From the NCBI RefSeq assembly GCF_006345805.1, contig NW_021828575.1:1-8065 (forward strand): DNA of 8,065 bases, given 5' to 3'. A program made the position numbers and the translations under genes. Of this stretch, positions 7,748-8,065 are shown piece by piece (position 1 is the first letter of the stretch; each line of letters begins with the position of its first letter). The stretch comes from Octopus sinensis (taxonomy: Eukaryota). A model generated the notes under the pieces. It did no database searches and was not told the origin of the DNA. It saw only the letters and a list, made by a program, of their open reading frames with translations.

Positions 7748-8065
7748 CTTACTAATATTAATTGGCTAGCAAACTCATTAGATATAGAAAATAATTGAAA
7801 CAAACCAATTAACAAACAAACTAATTAATCCGGTGAAATTAGTGCATGGTCATAGACAAATAAATTCACCTATTACACTAATAAGCAAGGGAAAGGCATA
7901 CACATCACAACAGTCCGCTCCCTTCACTACAAATCCAAGTAGATTTTTCTAATTACTTTAATTATTTTCATAGCGTTACACTAGTTAATGAGTTTATCTA
8001 ATTAGCTATTATTATCAGCTAATATATATATTAGTACGCACATTAAACTGACTTCATGTGAGTGT

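Noticed and set aside
192-7815. All ORFs in the six-frame track
   Set aside because: Most are translations of microsatellites (YIYI, HTHT, poly-E/K, poly-I, poly-L) or of SINE and repeat sequence. The rest (927-1121, 5247-5459, 6658-6849, 6926-7240) are short, several start at non-ATG codons, and none has a recognisable domain.
8019-8034. 16-bp palindrome CTAATATATATATTAG
   Set aside because: Largely a trivial consequence of a short (AT)n run.

Overview
AT-rich eukaryotic non-coding DNA (intron or intergenic), with no credible protein-coding gene, functional RNA gene, CRISPR array or prokaryotic feature. The window is a mosaic of long microsatellite arrays (AT, CA, TATG, TTC, TAA) and decayed interspersed retroposons. 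These comprise at least five copies of one tRNA-derived SINE family (family A; the copies cross-align within the window), one SINE with an internal microsatellite (B), one apparently complete SINE with a 13-bp target-site duplication (C), a degenerate (AAC)-tailed element (D), and a ~400-bp element embedded in a (TAA)n tract (E). These families look like ones I recall from Octopus (cephalopod) genomes; that assignment is from memory, not from a search. All ORFs in the supplied track are translations of microsatellites, repeats or chance AT-rich frames. I found no evidence of a new multi-gene system. The most notable observations are a perfect 16-bp foldback created inside an old SINE copy, a TSD-flanked and possibly Pol III-competent SINE, a TAA-embedded element, a tail-to-tail inverted SINE pair, and a pair of near-identical quasi-palindromes.
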